Shown: piece by piece, positions 37,801 to 48,727 of the stretch
Position numbering within the stretch: the first letter of the stretch is position 1
Layout: each line of letters opens with the position of its first letter
NCBI RefSeq assembly: GCF_001194135.2
Contig: NC_068989.1
Location: 652,057 to 716,056 of the forward strand
DNA length: 64,000 nucleotides
From: Octopus bimaculoides
Taxonomy: Eukaryota
Direction of reading: 5' to 3'
Program-made: the position numbers and the translations under genes
The notes under the pieces: model-generated
Database searches by the model: none
What the model was told of the DNA's origin: nothing
What the model saw: only the letters and a program-made list of their open reading frames with translations

Positions 37801-39841
37801 ATTTGGTGAAGCGGAGAGGCGAAGGTGGGGAATAGTTAAGTAATGAGCTGAGAAATAAAAACTAGCAAGATGAAAGTTAAAGGAGAAAAANNNNNNNNNN
37901 NNNNNNNNNNNNNNNNNNNNNNNNNNNNNNNNNNNNNNNNNNNNNNNNNNNNNNNNNNNNNNNNNNNNNNNNNNNNNNNNNNNNNNNNNNNNNNNNNNNN
38001 NNNNNNNNNNNNNNNNNAAGTAATGAGCTGAGAAATAAAAACTAGCAAGATGAAAGTTAAAGGAGAAAAAGAACTAGGGAAATGTAGAAGACAATAGCGA
38101 AATAGGAGTAATGGTGAGATATAAGGATAGTGGAGAAAGAGTAAGAAAATATTTATCGGAAGAAAAAAAGAGAGAGACATGAGGAAGTGAGAAGTTAAAT
38201 GGCTAAGACGGTAGGACTATTTAAAGTACAGGAAATGATTATAAAAGTAATCATTTTTAAAATGCCTCTTTCAAATAAGAACACATTCAGAAAATGAGTC
38301 AGGCTCTTTTTGAAATATTTAAATTTATAAATGAAAATGTTTGAAAACTTGCAGCATGGATTAAGTTTACTTAACTTAGTATGTAACTTAATTTTCAAAA
38401 AAGAACAGAAATCAATTTGTGAAGGCTGGGAACAATATTACAACATTCATACTTTTTCCTCTGGACAAAAGGCAACGTAAATAGTTTCAATAAACAGAGT
38501 TAATGTTTACAATAACGACGATATTCATTCATTGTCTATAAATGACGTTTTCTTTATATTTCCACATAACTAGAACGATCCATTCGTTACCAGTTAGATT
38601 TAATGAACATATATTGCTCCTCATTATTTATTTATATTCAGTCAATGTGTATTAGTTACTGAATCAACCACTTTCCGCCCAGATACACTAGTAGACACTC
38701 ACAACTAACAGATGTACTCCAGAATAAACAAAAATAACAGGAATTACTCTGGAACCATTTCGGTTTAGCCTCAATAATATTAATAAATCTTTATTTCTAT
38801 TTTCATAGAGTGAAAGGGACATCGTTTGATGCTCTATCCCCACCCAATTCAAAGGGGAACTCATTCTTCTGGTTATCAAATGTGATATCGATTATTCGCC
38901 GTTTTGGCGGATTAACTCCGTTTTCAATTCACTCGATTCCCGTCTCTTCTCCTCCGGTAGATTTTCTAAATTTCATAGAGAAGGGACCAAGGGTCAAAAT
39001 GAAATAAATCCTCAGTTTACTTTAGTGTGATTAGGAAAAGAAAAAGAGGAGAAACTGAATCTGTAGCATAAGGTGGGTAAATGTATACAACAAAGGTGTA
39101 GGATGTGATCAACGGTACTATTAAAAAACTTTCAGGTTGGCGAGTGTATATAGAGACAGAGAAACGGAGACGAGTGGGGGTTAGATGTGTGAATGCTGCT
39201 ACAACAAAAGGAAACGTGGTTTCGATCGGAAATATGAACAAGAAAAACGGACAAACCGTTTTAACGATCAAAAAGGCAACATTATAGACAAAACAAAAAC
39301 TATTACGTAGAAGAATATACGCCGAACATTTGTAATTTTAATAGTGAAAATACAATTGTAACGGTTTTGAAGAAACGATAAAGGCTAGTTGGGTTTAATA
39401 GGCAGACCACCATGTGGACGTAAAATGGGGGAATGGTCTATTATAAAGAAAGCATTGTAGAATGAACCCTCATTTCTTAATCGGATGGCTATGGTTTTTA
39501 TTAGTACACAAGACTGACAAGGAAATAGGAATACACATTTACACACTCACTTGGAGATTAGATGATTAAAACAAAAATAAAAAAGGCCAGATTTTATAAC
39601 TTTCTTACCTGACCGACTACTTTCAATCGAATATATTCGGGGTCACTGGCAGAGGAATCCCCGCCTTCGGGTTTCGTGCTCTGAGAGGGGAAAAAGAGGA
39701 AAGAGATGTAAGTTTCATGAATTCATAATAAAGATCTTCGGTACCGAATTCAAATACAAACCAATAATAATAACGGGATGACGAGAGAACTCTATGAATA
39801 CATCTAGATAAAAATCTGTGTTAATGTGCCGGACATATATC

Positions 39842-39883
<42 letters not shown>

Positions 39884-39968
39884 NNNNNNNNNNNNNNNNN
39901 NNNNNNNNNNNNNNNNNNNNNNNNNNNNNNNNNNNNNNNNNNNNNNNNNNNNNNNNNNNNNNNNNNNN

Positions 39969-40031
<63 letters not shown>

Positions 40032-40227
40032 TAGAGAGGCAGATTTGTGTGTAGATGTAAATATATTTGTCTATTTATAACGTGTGTGCGTGTAATATGT
40101 AGAAGGAAAGGGCTTCACTTGTTTTCCTGTGACTACAATTGTAACTACAATTTGTAACTAGTTTATCTCTCGGTTTAGCTACTTTCTAAAAACACTTTAT
40201 ACTCGCCTGTTGTACAGTGTCTGACAT
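28333..40227 (-). CDS. SUMO1: SUMO1-like small ubiquitin-related modifier, 5 coding exons: join(complement 40227-40207, 39680-39609, 31495-31418, 29304-29233, 28392-28333)
   Basis: Manual splicing gives [100 protein letters not shown]. This is a typical SUMO fold with the LRFLFDG motif and C-terminal QTGG. All introns are phase 0, and the 78-nt and 72-nt internal exons match the human SUMO1 exon layout as I recall it. Confidence 0.96.
29233..29304 (-). CDS. SUMO1: SUMO exon 4 ([24 protein letters not shown])
   Basis: ctattgaag| 72 nt |gtaacc; lies within ORF 29035..29310. Confidence 0.96.
30328..30550. mobile_element. piggyBac-type MITE (223 bp) in SUMO intron 3
   Basis: TTAA|CCCTTTAACATT ... 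AATGCTAAAGGG|ATAA; 11/12 TIR match, right TSD mutated. Confidence 0.75.
31130..31270 (-). mobile_element. SINE family C (CORE-like) fragment in SUMO intron 3
   Basis: Reverse complement matches the plus copy at 47398-47550 (aagcttgcttcc..aaccatctggt..cagtcccattgcatgg..ttgagcaagtgtctt..ctagcccc). Confidence 0.7.
31418..31495 (-). CDS. SUMO1: SUMO exon 3 ([26 protein letters not shown])
   Basis: ttttcaaag| 78 nt |gtagga; lies within ORF 31352..31600. Confidence 0.96.
34140..34861 (+). mobile_element. CR1-like LINE 3' end in SUMO intron 2 (antisense to the gene)
   Basis: W.LRTVRTR..SHLDYC..QRSYTK..MRHVSYWERLEKLRLSSLEQRWEKYAVIYNWKILQELVRN..FKTKLDLLLSRVLDEP..RAATSNSL, followed by a short 3' tail. 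Confidence 0.85.
35715..36037. mobile_element. Tail-to-tail pair of SINE family D fragments (plus 35715-35851, minus 35904-36037)
   Basis: Both carry ttagga..gcat.cagccatagaaacc and gtcaa.ccatc.aaccc..gcatggaa with (GAT)n tails, in opposite orientation. Confidence 0.8.
39609..39680 (-). CDS. SUMO1: SUMO exon 2 ([24 protein letters not shown])
   Basis: ctttttcccctctcag| 72 nt |gtaaga; encodes the conserved YIRLKVVGQ beta strand. Confidence 0.95.
40207..40227 (-). CDS. SUMO1: SUMO exon 1 coding part (MSDTVQQ), ending at a GC donor; an alternative weak GT donor would end it at 40216 (MSDT)
   Basis: Minus strand reads caacaATG TCA GAC ACT GTA CAA CAG|gcgagt. A at -3, phase 0 to exon 2, and the surroundings are CpG/GC-rich. 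Confidence 0.75.
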
Positions 40228-40345
40228 TGTTGTTCTGTGGAGCCGCGGCAGCAGCAGAGAGGAGGGGGGGTCATAACATGGCCGAACCACAAACCAAATC
40301 AATCTCACGGTTTATGGCTTTTACCAATCTTTCTATTGGCTATAA
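40228..40345 (-). promoter_or_regulatory. SUMO 5' UTR/proximal promoter with two oppositely oriented CCAAT boxes
   Basis: CCAAT at 40324-40328 (+) and ATTGG at 40335-40339; C/T-rich tract on the minus strand just upstream of the ATG; CpG-containing context. TSS is not determinable. Confidence 0.45.
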
Positions 40346-40907
40346 AATTATTTAAAACAATCTTGGTGGTTTTATTTTACATACTCCCTTCAGAAAATAG
40401 CGAAATTTATTATATATATTTGATTTTTTTTTTAAATTCAGAAATCTCGTTACAATGAGACTTTGATTTTTTTCTTCATTTTAAGAAATAGTTTATAAAT
40501 GCATTTAATTTTAAGCAAGCTAACAACTGTATTTTAGAGTATGTATTCAAATAGCTTCGATTTGAGTAAAATAAGTGAGTCTAAAGGAAAATCATCACTT
40601 TAGACCAATGCTAGTTAGTCAAATCTCGTTTACGCGAGAGTTAACTTTATTATCGTTTTTAATTAATATTAATTGTCTTATTTAAGGCATGTTAAATTTT
40701 TTTTTACTCCTTCATTGTATATATTATTTTTTAATGTCGCCTCTAAATCGAGCCTTTTAAGGTCCTTCTAAATTCCATGCTAATCAAACAAGTTCTCGTT
40801 TGATTGAGAATTCACAATTACGTTTCCGTTAAACTACTCGCTCTCCTCCCCTTCCTCTTGCCTCTGTCTCTCTTTTCCTAAAAGTATCTTTTGTATATAT
40901 ATATATA

Positions 40908-41145
40908 TCATCATCATCATCATTTAACGTCCGCTTTCTATGCTGGCATGGGTTGGACGGTTTGACTGAGAGCTGGCAAGCTAGAAGGCTGCACCAGGCT
41001 CCAATCTGATCTTGCAGAGTTTCTACAGCTGGATGCCCTTCTTAACGCCAACCACTCCAAGAGTGTAGTGGGTGTTTTTTACGCGCCACTGGTATGAGGG
41101 CCAATCAGGCGGTACTGGCATTAACCATGCTTGAATGGTGCCTTA
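40908..41145 (-). mobile_element. SINE family D copy with (GAT)n tail
   Basis: catcatcatttaacgtccgctttctatgctggcatgggttggacggtttgactgag...ggatgcccttcttaacgccaaccactcc. Further copies at about 30870-31000, 36770-36900, 42230-42430, 51955-52165, 54003-54330, 56141-56350 and 57929-58160 (minus), and 56611-56870 and 62440-62578 (plus). Confidence 0.85.
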
Positions 41146-41399
41146 AGCTACAAAGTGAGGATCAAATTTTACCCCAGCTAATGATCAGCAACTTTTTACT
41201 TCAATTATTACATAAATGTCTCTTCTCAGTTAAAGGCAACACAGAATCATGAAGTTGATACAGTATACAAACATGTCTTTTGCACAAGCTATAAAATGAC
41301 ATTTATTAGCTTTCTTTGGTGATGTATATTTGAGTGGTAATACATACTTACTGGTATGCATACATATACACATACATGCATAGACTGTCCTGGAATAAA

Positions 41400-42120
41400 T
41401 ACAGAAAATCTTCCTGTTATAGAATACATACAAAAGACATCAACAGAAAGAATATTGGTGGAACATCCTCTTTAAAACATCAAGTATAAGCATAACAGAC
41501 CAGATATTGTAGTTTGAAACAGACAAGAAAAATTATGTGCTGTCATAGCAGTCAGCTGCCCTACTGATGTGTATATCTCTTTGAAAATCAATGAGAATAA
41601 CTATGAACAACTACTTTGAATCCTCCAGTTTCTATAGCCAGATTATAAATTGTACATTTATGCCCGTAATAATTAGTGCATTTAATTTTGTGAGTAAATG
41701 CCTAAGTGACAATATGGATAAGCTAGGGTTTTCAGAAATCAACCAACTAACACGCATTACAAATACAATTTGTAACTGGAACAATAGAAATATGCAAGAC
41801 TTTTCTCAAGTTTAAAATGTGACATTGTTTTTGTTATCTTCATTCTAATAATGAGGCCTTGTATCTTTGTTAGAAATCAGTAACTTCTTCAGAGGAAGAA
41901 CTTAAATGATTAAAAACAGAAGAGAATGAACATACATACATACATACATACATTATATGTATGTATGTCTCTTCTATATATAGAATAATTGAAATAATAG
42001 ATTAATTTAGAATAAATATCTCATTGGAAATCAAAGAAAAAGAGGATATTTATGAACAACTGCTTCGAAACCTCCAGCTTCTACATCCAGACTATGAATT
42101 CATATTCATACCAATTAGTT
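41400..42120 (+). mobile_element. Two degenerate R4/Dong-like RLE endonuclease fragments (41400-41830 and 42010-42120)
   Basis: KEYWWNI..KHNRPDIVV*NRQEKLCAVIAVSCPTDV and INISLEIKEKEDIYEQLLRNLQLLHPDYEFIFIPI; homologous to the 8.1-8.8 kb remnant. Confidence 0.75.
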
Positions 42121-42536
42121 GAGCTACTTTCACCTTGTCTATATTTCAAGGAAACATTAACAGGTTGTTTAATAAACTGAATATGGAGTCCAAATATCCT
42201 TAACTTTAACTGTCCATGTATGCATCATGATCATCATCATCGTTGTTTAATATTTAGGTTCTATGGTAGCATAGAGTGAATGGTTTGATGGGATCCAACA
42301 AGCCTGATAGCTGCATTGATTTTCAGTGTCTACTTTAGCAAGATTTCTATGGCTGGATGCTCTTCCTAATGCCAACCACTTTACAGAGTGCACCAGGGGC
42401 TTTTATGTAGCACTAGGACTGATAGAGTCAACAAGTAACAGGCACTCCAGTTATAACAAGGAGGGTTCCAGTTGATCTAATCAGTGGAACAGCTTGCTTG
42501 TGAAATTAACGTGAAAGTGACTGAACACTCCACAGA

Positions 42537-42855
42537 CGCATGGTTAAGTGGTTCAGGTATTCATCTCGAGATTGTAAGACCATTAGTTCAATCACTGGTG
42601 GCACATTGTGTTCTTGAGCAAGTCACTTTACTTCATGTTGCTCCAGTTCCCACAGCTGGCAAAAATGAGTTGTACCTGTAATTCAAAGGGCTAGCATTGT
42701 CACATTCTGTGTCACACAGAATCTCCCTGAGAATTACGTGAAGGGTACACATGCCTGAGAAATGGTCAGCCACTTGGACATTAATTTCACAAGAAAGTTG
42801 TTCCATTGATCAGATCAAGTGGAGTCCTTGTCATCAATACTGACAGAGTGCCAGG
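42537..42855 (+). mobile_element. tRNA-derived SINE (family E), preceded by an inverted partial copy at about 42460-42536
   Basis: A-box-like tggttaagtgg and B-box-like agttcaatc, then gtgttcttgagcaagtcacttt; the 3' part (about 42758-42825) is the reverse complement of about 42467-42535 at roughly 80% by eye. Confidence 0.7.
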
Positions 42856-45800
42856 TCACCAAGTTACATGCAAGTTCAGAGAATCAGGGTGTATTATTGA
42901 GGTGGGGGGTGACATTGTGCGAGGGGTAGAGAATCTAAATTATGAAAGAGGGTCAGGAGCAAGTGTTTTGCTGTAGAGAAGATACCTGGCTACCCCAACA
43001 GGAAAGGAAGAAAGGATGGAGATGAAGTATTAGGGTGTACACTCATTGTATACGAAGGTGGATAAAGAGGAACATTATTAAATGATTCATTTCAATACAA
43101 TATTACTACATATAATTAGTTATAAGACTGAATATTTATCACTCATAGCTTTTCCACAGGTACCCACTAGTTGTCTTAATATATAAAAGTGAATATATGA
43201 GGCAAATTGTGGGCCATAATTTTGCACATAGATAGAAAATTTTGTATAGGACCACATTTTTTCAAGGAGCTGATCATAGGATGAGTGAAATTTTCTAATA
43301 ATTTCTGTAAATTGAGGCAAGGTAAGGAACTGCTGCCAGGTCTGTGGCTATGTTAACTTGGACTACATTATCTGACTTGGCCTTTTAAAAAAAATAATAT
43401 GGTGAAATTTGAGAGAAATTTGACTGCTATTTCCAGCAAGTTCAGCAATCACAAAGAGACTCATTAGTTCATGAGAACTTTTTATTTTGAGCTTGATGTC
43501 GGATTGAAGTGCAACTATGGGGAATATTGAAATGAGGTAAGTATGACGTCATCTGCAAATGTTTTATGTGAGTGTGTGAAGGTCATGTTGGTATAAGTTA
43601 AGAGCTATGAGTAAAAAACATAACAGTGAATATGTTGTTCAATGTAAAGTGGGATTGGCCACTGAGAAACAGTCTGAAAGCCAACATTTCTTTGTTGTTC
43701 AAAATATAATGAAAAATAAAATATTGTGAAACATTTGGATATAAAGTATTGTTGATCTGCTGCTGCTGCTGCTAGTCTTGTCAATAATGTGAATCAGTTC
43801 AATCACTGAGTTTGAGATAAAATTTGAGAGGAATGTCTCAGGGTTGACAAACATGTAACTTCTCACTGGATTGTGTCCTAAAGTACTTCATTGAAATAAT
43901 AAAATTATATTAATTTTAATCTAAGAAAATCTCCTAGTGATTCATTGAACTGCTTAGTATCACATCCATGGCATTGAATGGAAGAGAGAACTTTTATATG
44001 GTCATTCAACCAGCCAAACATAGCAATCAAGTTTCCCATAAATCATATCCTACCACCTCATAAGATGGAAGTAAAGATTCAACAAAGTAATCCTAAGCAT
44101 ACAAGATGTAATGGTCACATGTGGACTCTTAGTCTACTGGATCAGGGTTGAACAGCTTTAAAAAACCACAACATGACACCCCCACCCCCAGCAAACAGGA
44201 TGTCAAAACTATTGCAGGTGTTACTTGATAAACATGTACAAGTTATTTCCTCATTGAAACCTGTTAAAAGACATATTTCCTGTTTAGAAACACATTGAAC
44301 TGCTTGATGTGGACGTGAACAGGTAAGTCAATATTTCTCTCCACATTCTCCATTAATTTTGTCTTGGCTCACAGAAGAAGAGTCTATTTTGCATTTTAGT
44401 ATTAAGAACAGGTATTAAGACTCAATAATGAAAATAACATTTCTAAGATCTAATTCCAACATATAACAATAAAAGCAGTGCTTATTTTACACTTTTCATC
44501 CTTTCATATATATTTTCCTCATACAAAATGTAGTTTTTGCTTGTGTGTATATAGCAAAAAAAAAATCAAGTGTAGGGGAGGTAATTCTTGTGTGTATGTC
44601 TGTGTGCTCAAAGAGAGAGAGAGAGAGAGAAGAGAGAAGAACTGGAGGCTTACAAATATGTTTTTAGAAACACATTTTTAGCCTCGCTGTGAAAAGTAGA
44701 TATAGAGGCTAAATCACGTTTTTCTCTCATTAAGTTAAAGATAGCGAGTAGTCTGACAAGTTATTATTTTTTTGTTCTGTTTTTTTTCCACTTTGGAGAA
44801 ACTTTCAGGCAACCCAGGGACGTTTGGGTCATTCACCATTCTTACCAGTTTATTTTGAAGTGCAGTATCTCCCATCCAACCACTGGCTTTATAAATCATA
44901 GCTCAAAGCTGTACCAGTCTCTCCTTTGAGTATATTTGTGACATCAATCGTTTTTGCCCTCATTTGTTTTCTTTTTAATTCCTTGTTGATTGCATTATTC
45001 CTAACAGTGTACAAGAGAACTAAACTAGTGACTCGTGTTGCCAGATGAAATTTTAGTTGTTCACTATCTTTCACCTTTTTATTAGACCAAACAGTAAACA
45101 ACATCTCTCAGCTAGTCACTAACTATATAAATTGAAACTTAAAACTGTCTACACACCTTAGTCAGCAGAATACAACCTGTGTAACTATCCATTGTCCACT
45201 CTGTGCTTTCAACCAGAATTCAGCTAGGATAGTAACAGTCAGAATCTATTCTAACTTCAGTTGATCAAAACAAGACACATTAGTGCTGAACAATAGATTG
45301 ATTTGCTGTATCTCTGTTCAGATAGGCTAGACGCTATGTATGATAAATTTTGCTTCTTTTTACACTTTAGAAACATTTCTTCCATATTACACATGTGATA
45401 CAAAAATAACTTTATTTTCAAGAACATATTTATAGTGCTTATTCTACCACTTTAGCAGAAAAAACTTGTTCTCTTTTAGTGTTATAAATGAAAATTGCTA
45501 TATTTTCTCTGTTGGAGTATCATTTAAACCAGTGTCTTTACAGATTTTTAGAAGTGAACATATGCTGTTTAAGCACCTTTATTTATAGTACCACTGATGC
45601 TACTTATCCTACTTATGGAGAGGCTTATTCTTCTGACGACAAGGAAAATTGAATTATTATAATTTATTATAATTTATTGCTGTTGTCTCTTATCCATATT
45701 TTATTGCAGTCACTGGCTAGTTATTCATTTTTCTAACTACAGCAAAAATAGTAGCTTCTAACTAATTAAAGTATTCATAAACACAGATAAAAGTGATGAA

Positions 45801-47397
45801 AATTACTGCTGCTTTCCTAGCAATCTAGATGAGAGCTACATAGTGGCCCTCACATAACCAAGAAAAGTATTGTCATCACCAGTTCACTGGATGGTCGAGA
45901 GAGCACCTTTCTCAGCTATGCATTGATTTATTAAGTTGAATATTTAACTCAAGTTTTTTTTTTTCTATCAATGTTGCTATTGAAAATTGTTACTATTCTC
46001 TGTATAAATTATTACAATTTAAACCTATGCTTTTACGAATTTGTAGGAGTGAATATATACTGTTTAGCCATATTGTTTGGTCATATTGACTTATAGTACC
46101 ACTTGAGTCAATAGAAATCTGTTCCTCTGGTAGTATGTGGAAAATAAAGAGGATTATTATATATAAGTTATTATAGTCAGTTGCTTCTCATTTCTATTTT
46201 CAACATTAGTGGCCTTGACATTCAATCCAACTATGAATTTTCAAATTTGTGCTCTAAGTTGCTGTTATTGCCATATTCAAATAACACCAGTTTGTCATAA
46301 ATCAGCTTCATTCTGCCTCTTTTCAATCTTAATGACCCAAATTTCAGGTTATCACATGTGGTACCCCATTGTCTTAGCAGGTAACAGGATGTCAGAAACT
46401 ACATGTTTCACTTTTACTATCAGCTTGCAAAAGCATAGATCACCCACGAAGTACAAACTGCTGCAATTACCAGGAAACCCAGATCATCCCAAACACCATG
46501 AAGCACCATGAAGACACCAAGAACAAATATGAACTCAACACTATTACCTCAACACCATTACCAGCTTATTACCTTTCATGGCTGCAATTTACGGCACAGA
46601 ATTCTACAACAAACTTTTTCAATTTACAAACTGGCTCAGTTTCAACAGAAAACCAAACTAGTCAGTAACTGAGAATGTAAACTCACATATAAATATATGC
46701 AAAGACACCAATGCCATTGTTAATTCACTTTCTATAGAATCACATGTACAAAAATATGCATCATGTAGACTCACTTGCATTTTATGCATTCATAATGCAA
46801 ACTCATTTGTATTTATGAACACATCATGTATATCCCACTTGCATCTTATGCATGCATATATAGTATTATTCTGACAGCCCTTCAGCCAAGTCACTATCTG
46901 TTGCATTCAATTCACTCTTTCAAATGCTTTTGTAACATCATTTGGTTTCCTCTATCTTTGCTTTTGCTTTGATCCCTATTGACTGTTTCCTTCCCAGCTA
47001 TCCAGAGGGAGACTAGACTAGTTATTCTCACAGAGTCAGGTGGAATTTTTCTCTATTTATCACTGGTTTATTGGACCAATGAGGGAACACCATTTTTAGT
47101 TAGTTATGCATTGATTATATATGTAGAATTTACAACATTCTACTCTCTGCCTTCAGTTCAGCCAGAGCAGAGTGAGCTGTTTCATTGTTTACAACAACTA
47201 GAGAAAGCTGTTTTCTCCCCACCCCCTTCTTTCTTTCTTTCTTTCTTTCTTTCAGCCAGCCAAGCGAAGTAGGTCAGCAACATGTGTGAAATGTTTGCGT
47301 CAGCAATAATAGTAGTCTGTAGTGGTCATTTGATTATATAGCTGAAGTTTAGAAGTTTCAACTCAAGCTACCATTGATCTTGACTGGGCTGTGACCA

Positions 47398-47550
47398 ATG
47401 CGTGGCTGTGTAGTAAGAAGCTCACCTCCCAACCACATGGTTCTGGGTTCAGTCCCACTGTGTGGCACCTTGGGTAAGTGTCTTCTACTATAGCCTCAGG
47501 CTAACCAAAGCCTTGTGAGTGGATTTCGTAGATGCAAACCAAAAAAAGCC
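47398..47550 (+). mobile_element. tRNA-derived SINE family C with CORE-like segment (cf. octopus OR-type SINEs)
   Basis: gtggctgtgtagtaagaagc (A box), ggttcagtcc (B box) and gcaccttgggtaagtgtctt resembling MIR/CORE gaccttgggcaagt; other copies at about 31130, 34940 and 37240. Confidence 0.7.
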
Positions 47551-47589
47551 CATTTTATATATGTGTGTATATATAAAATTTAATTAGAG

Positions 47590-47950
47590 GATGTGTTAAT
47601 CTCATAAACGGATAGTGTTAGTGCCCTGAGAAAAAAATTGGACATAAGCATCAAAAGTGGTGTGCAAGAGAGACGACTGCACTGGTATGGTCATGTGTTA
47701 TGTGTGGATGAGGACAGCTGGTGAGGAAGTACCACACCCTAGCGGTTGAGGGAACCTGTGGAAGAGGTAGACCCAGGAAGACATGGGATGAGGTGGTGAA
47801 GCATGACCTTCGAACATTGGGCCTCACAGTGGCAACGACAAGAGACTGAAACCTTTGGAGATATGGTGTGTGTTTGAGAAGATCCGGAAACTAAAATGAG
47901 ATTGCAGCCATGGCCGATAGCAGAGTTGCATGTCTGGCCCATTTAAAAGT
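47590..47950 (+). mobile_element. RTE LINE 3' fragment
   Basis: QERRLHWYGHVLCVDEDSW..VEGTCGRGRPRKTWDEVVKHDLRTLGL..RD*NLWR. Confidence 0.85.
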
Positions 47951-48480
47951 ACCCTTGTGCAACTTTCTCTAGAAAGAAGCTTTGCGAAGAATATTGATAA
48001 CAATGTTTCATTGTCATAATTTTACATACGTGTTAGTTCAGCGAAAGTAGAAATGGTTTCAATATACTCTTATTTTGTGACACCAAGACAGAATGAATCA
48101 ATCACGGTGATTTAGTTCTGAGAACGTCTAGTTGGCGAGCAATGACAAGTTCTGAAAACTAGGATACTAATCACTCTTAAGAAACTAAGGCGATCTTTAG
48201 GCCGATATTTAGGTAATCGTACCGAAAGATCGCCGAAACTAATTGAGTCTTATTCTCGGTTCTTCGGAAATTTGTAGATGGGTGTAAAATGTTTTTTTTT
48301 TTAAATTAAAGAAAATAAAGGAAACCAACTATATTTTATTTAGAGAAATCCATATAATGAAAGGGGGTCTATGTTAATAGATACATAAATTATAAAAGAA
48401 GATAAATGCTCTAATTTCTGTTCGGATTAATTAATTAATTATCGAGGTAAAAATAATGGAGTCAAGAAATGCAGCTTGCA

Positions 48481-48523
48481 CTGCCATCTGGTGGCCAATC
48501 GAAGAATCACTGGTTTATAAAAG
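48481..48523 (+). promoter_or_regulatory. Candidate Pol II promoter: CTCF-like site overlapping CCAAT, then a TATA box
   Basis: ctgccatctggtggcc (reverse complement GGCCACCAGATGGCAG, fits CTCF consensus CCASYAGRKGGCRS) at 48481-48496; CCAAT 48495-48499; TATAAAAG 48516-48523; lies in a CpG-rich domain. Confidence 0.6.
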
Positions 48524-48544
48524 AGTGGATGCAAGGGAGATAAT

Positions 48545-48727
48545 CTTTTAAACTCTAGCGACAACAGACAAACCCAAGTCGTGAGCAGACGTAAATCTGT
48601 TGTTGTCTCTCATCGTTTGGTATTATTTATTTATTATTATCACAAAGCTTCTTCTTCACTCACTTTTTATATATTACTAAGGCGGCGGCGATTAACTAAT
48701 CCAATTTTTTTTCTTTTCCCGACAAAG
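48545..48727 (+). other. Putative non-coding first exon of an unidentified plus-strand gene
   Basis: Begins 20-30 nt downstream of the TATA box (start approximate), contains no evident ORF, and ends at a strong donor AAG|GTAAGG (GT 48728-48729). Downstream sequence looks intronic and SINE-rich. Confidence 0.5.

Noticed and set aside
37838-38070. Identical 53-bp sequence on both sides of the gap (37838-37890 and 38018-38070)
   Set aside because: Exact duplication flanking Ns is typical of unmerged overlapping contig ends; treat as an assembly artefact unless long reads show a tandem repeat.
42537-42620. Possible tRNA gene (A/B boxes); likewise at 47398-47470
   Set aside because: No cloverleaf; runs into SINE body sequence and is repeated elsewhere.
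45793-45920. C/D snoRNA candidate starting at GTGATGA
   Set aside because: No box D (CTGA) at a suitable distance and no terminal stem.
48189-48234. 10-bp perfect inverted repeat (ggcgatcttt / aaagatcgcc) upstream of the promoter
   Set aside because: Too short for a pre-miRNA and no supporting feature; may be chance.
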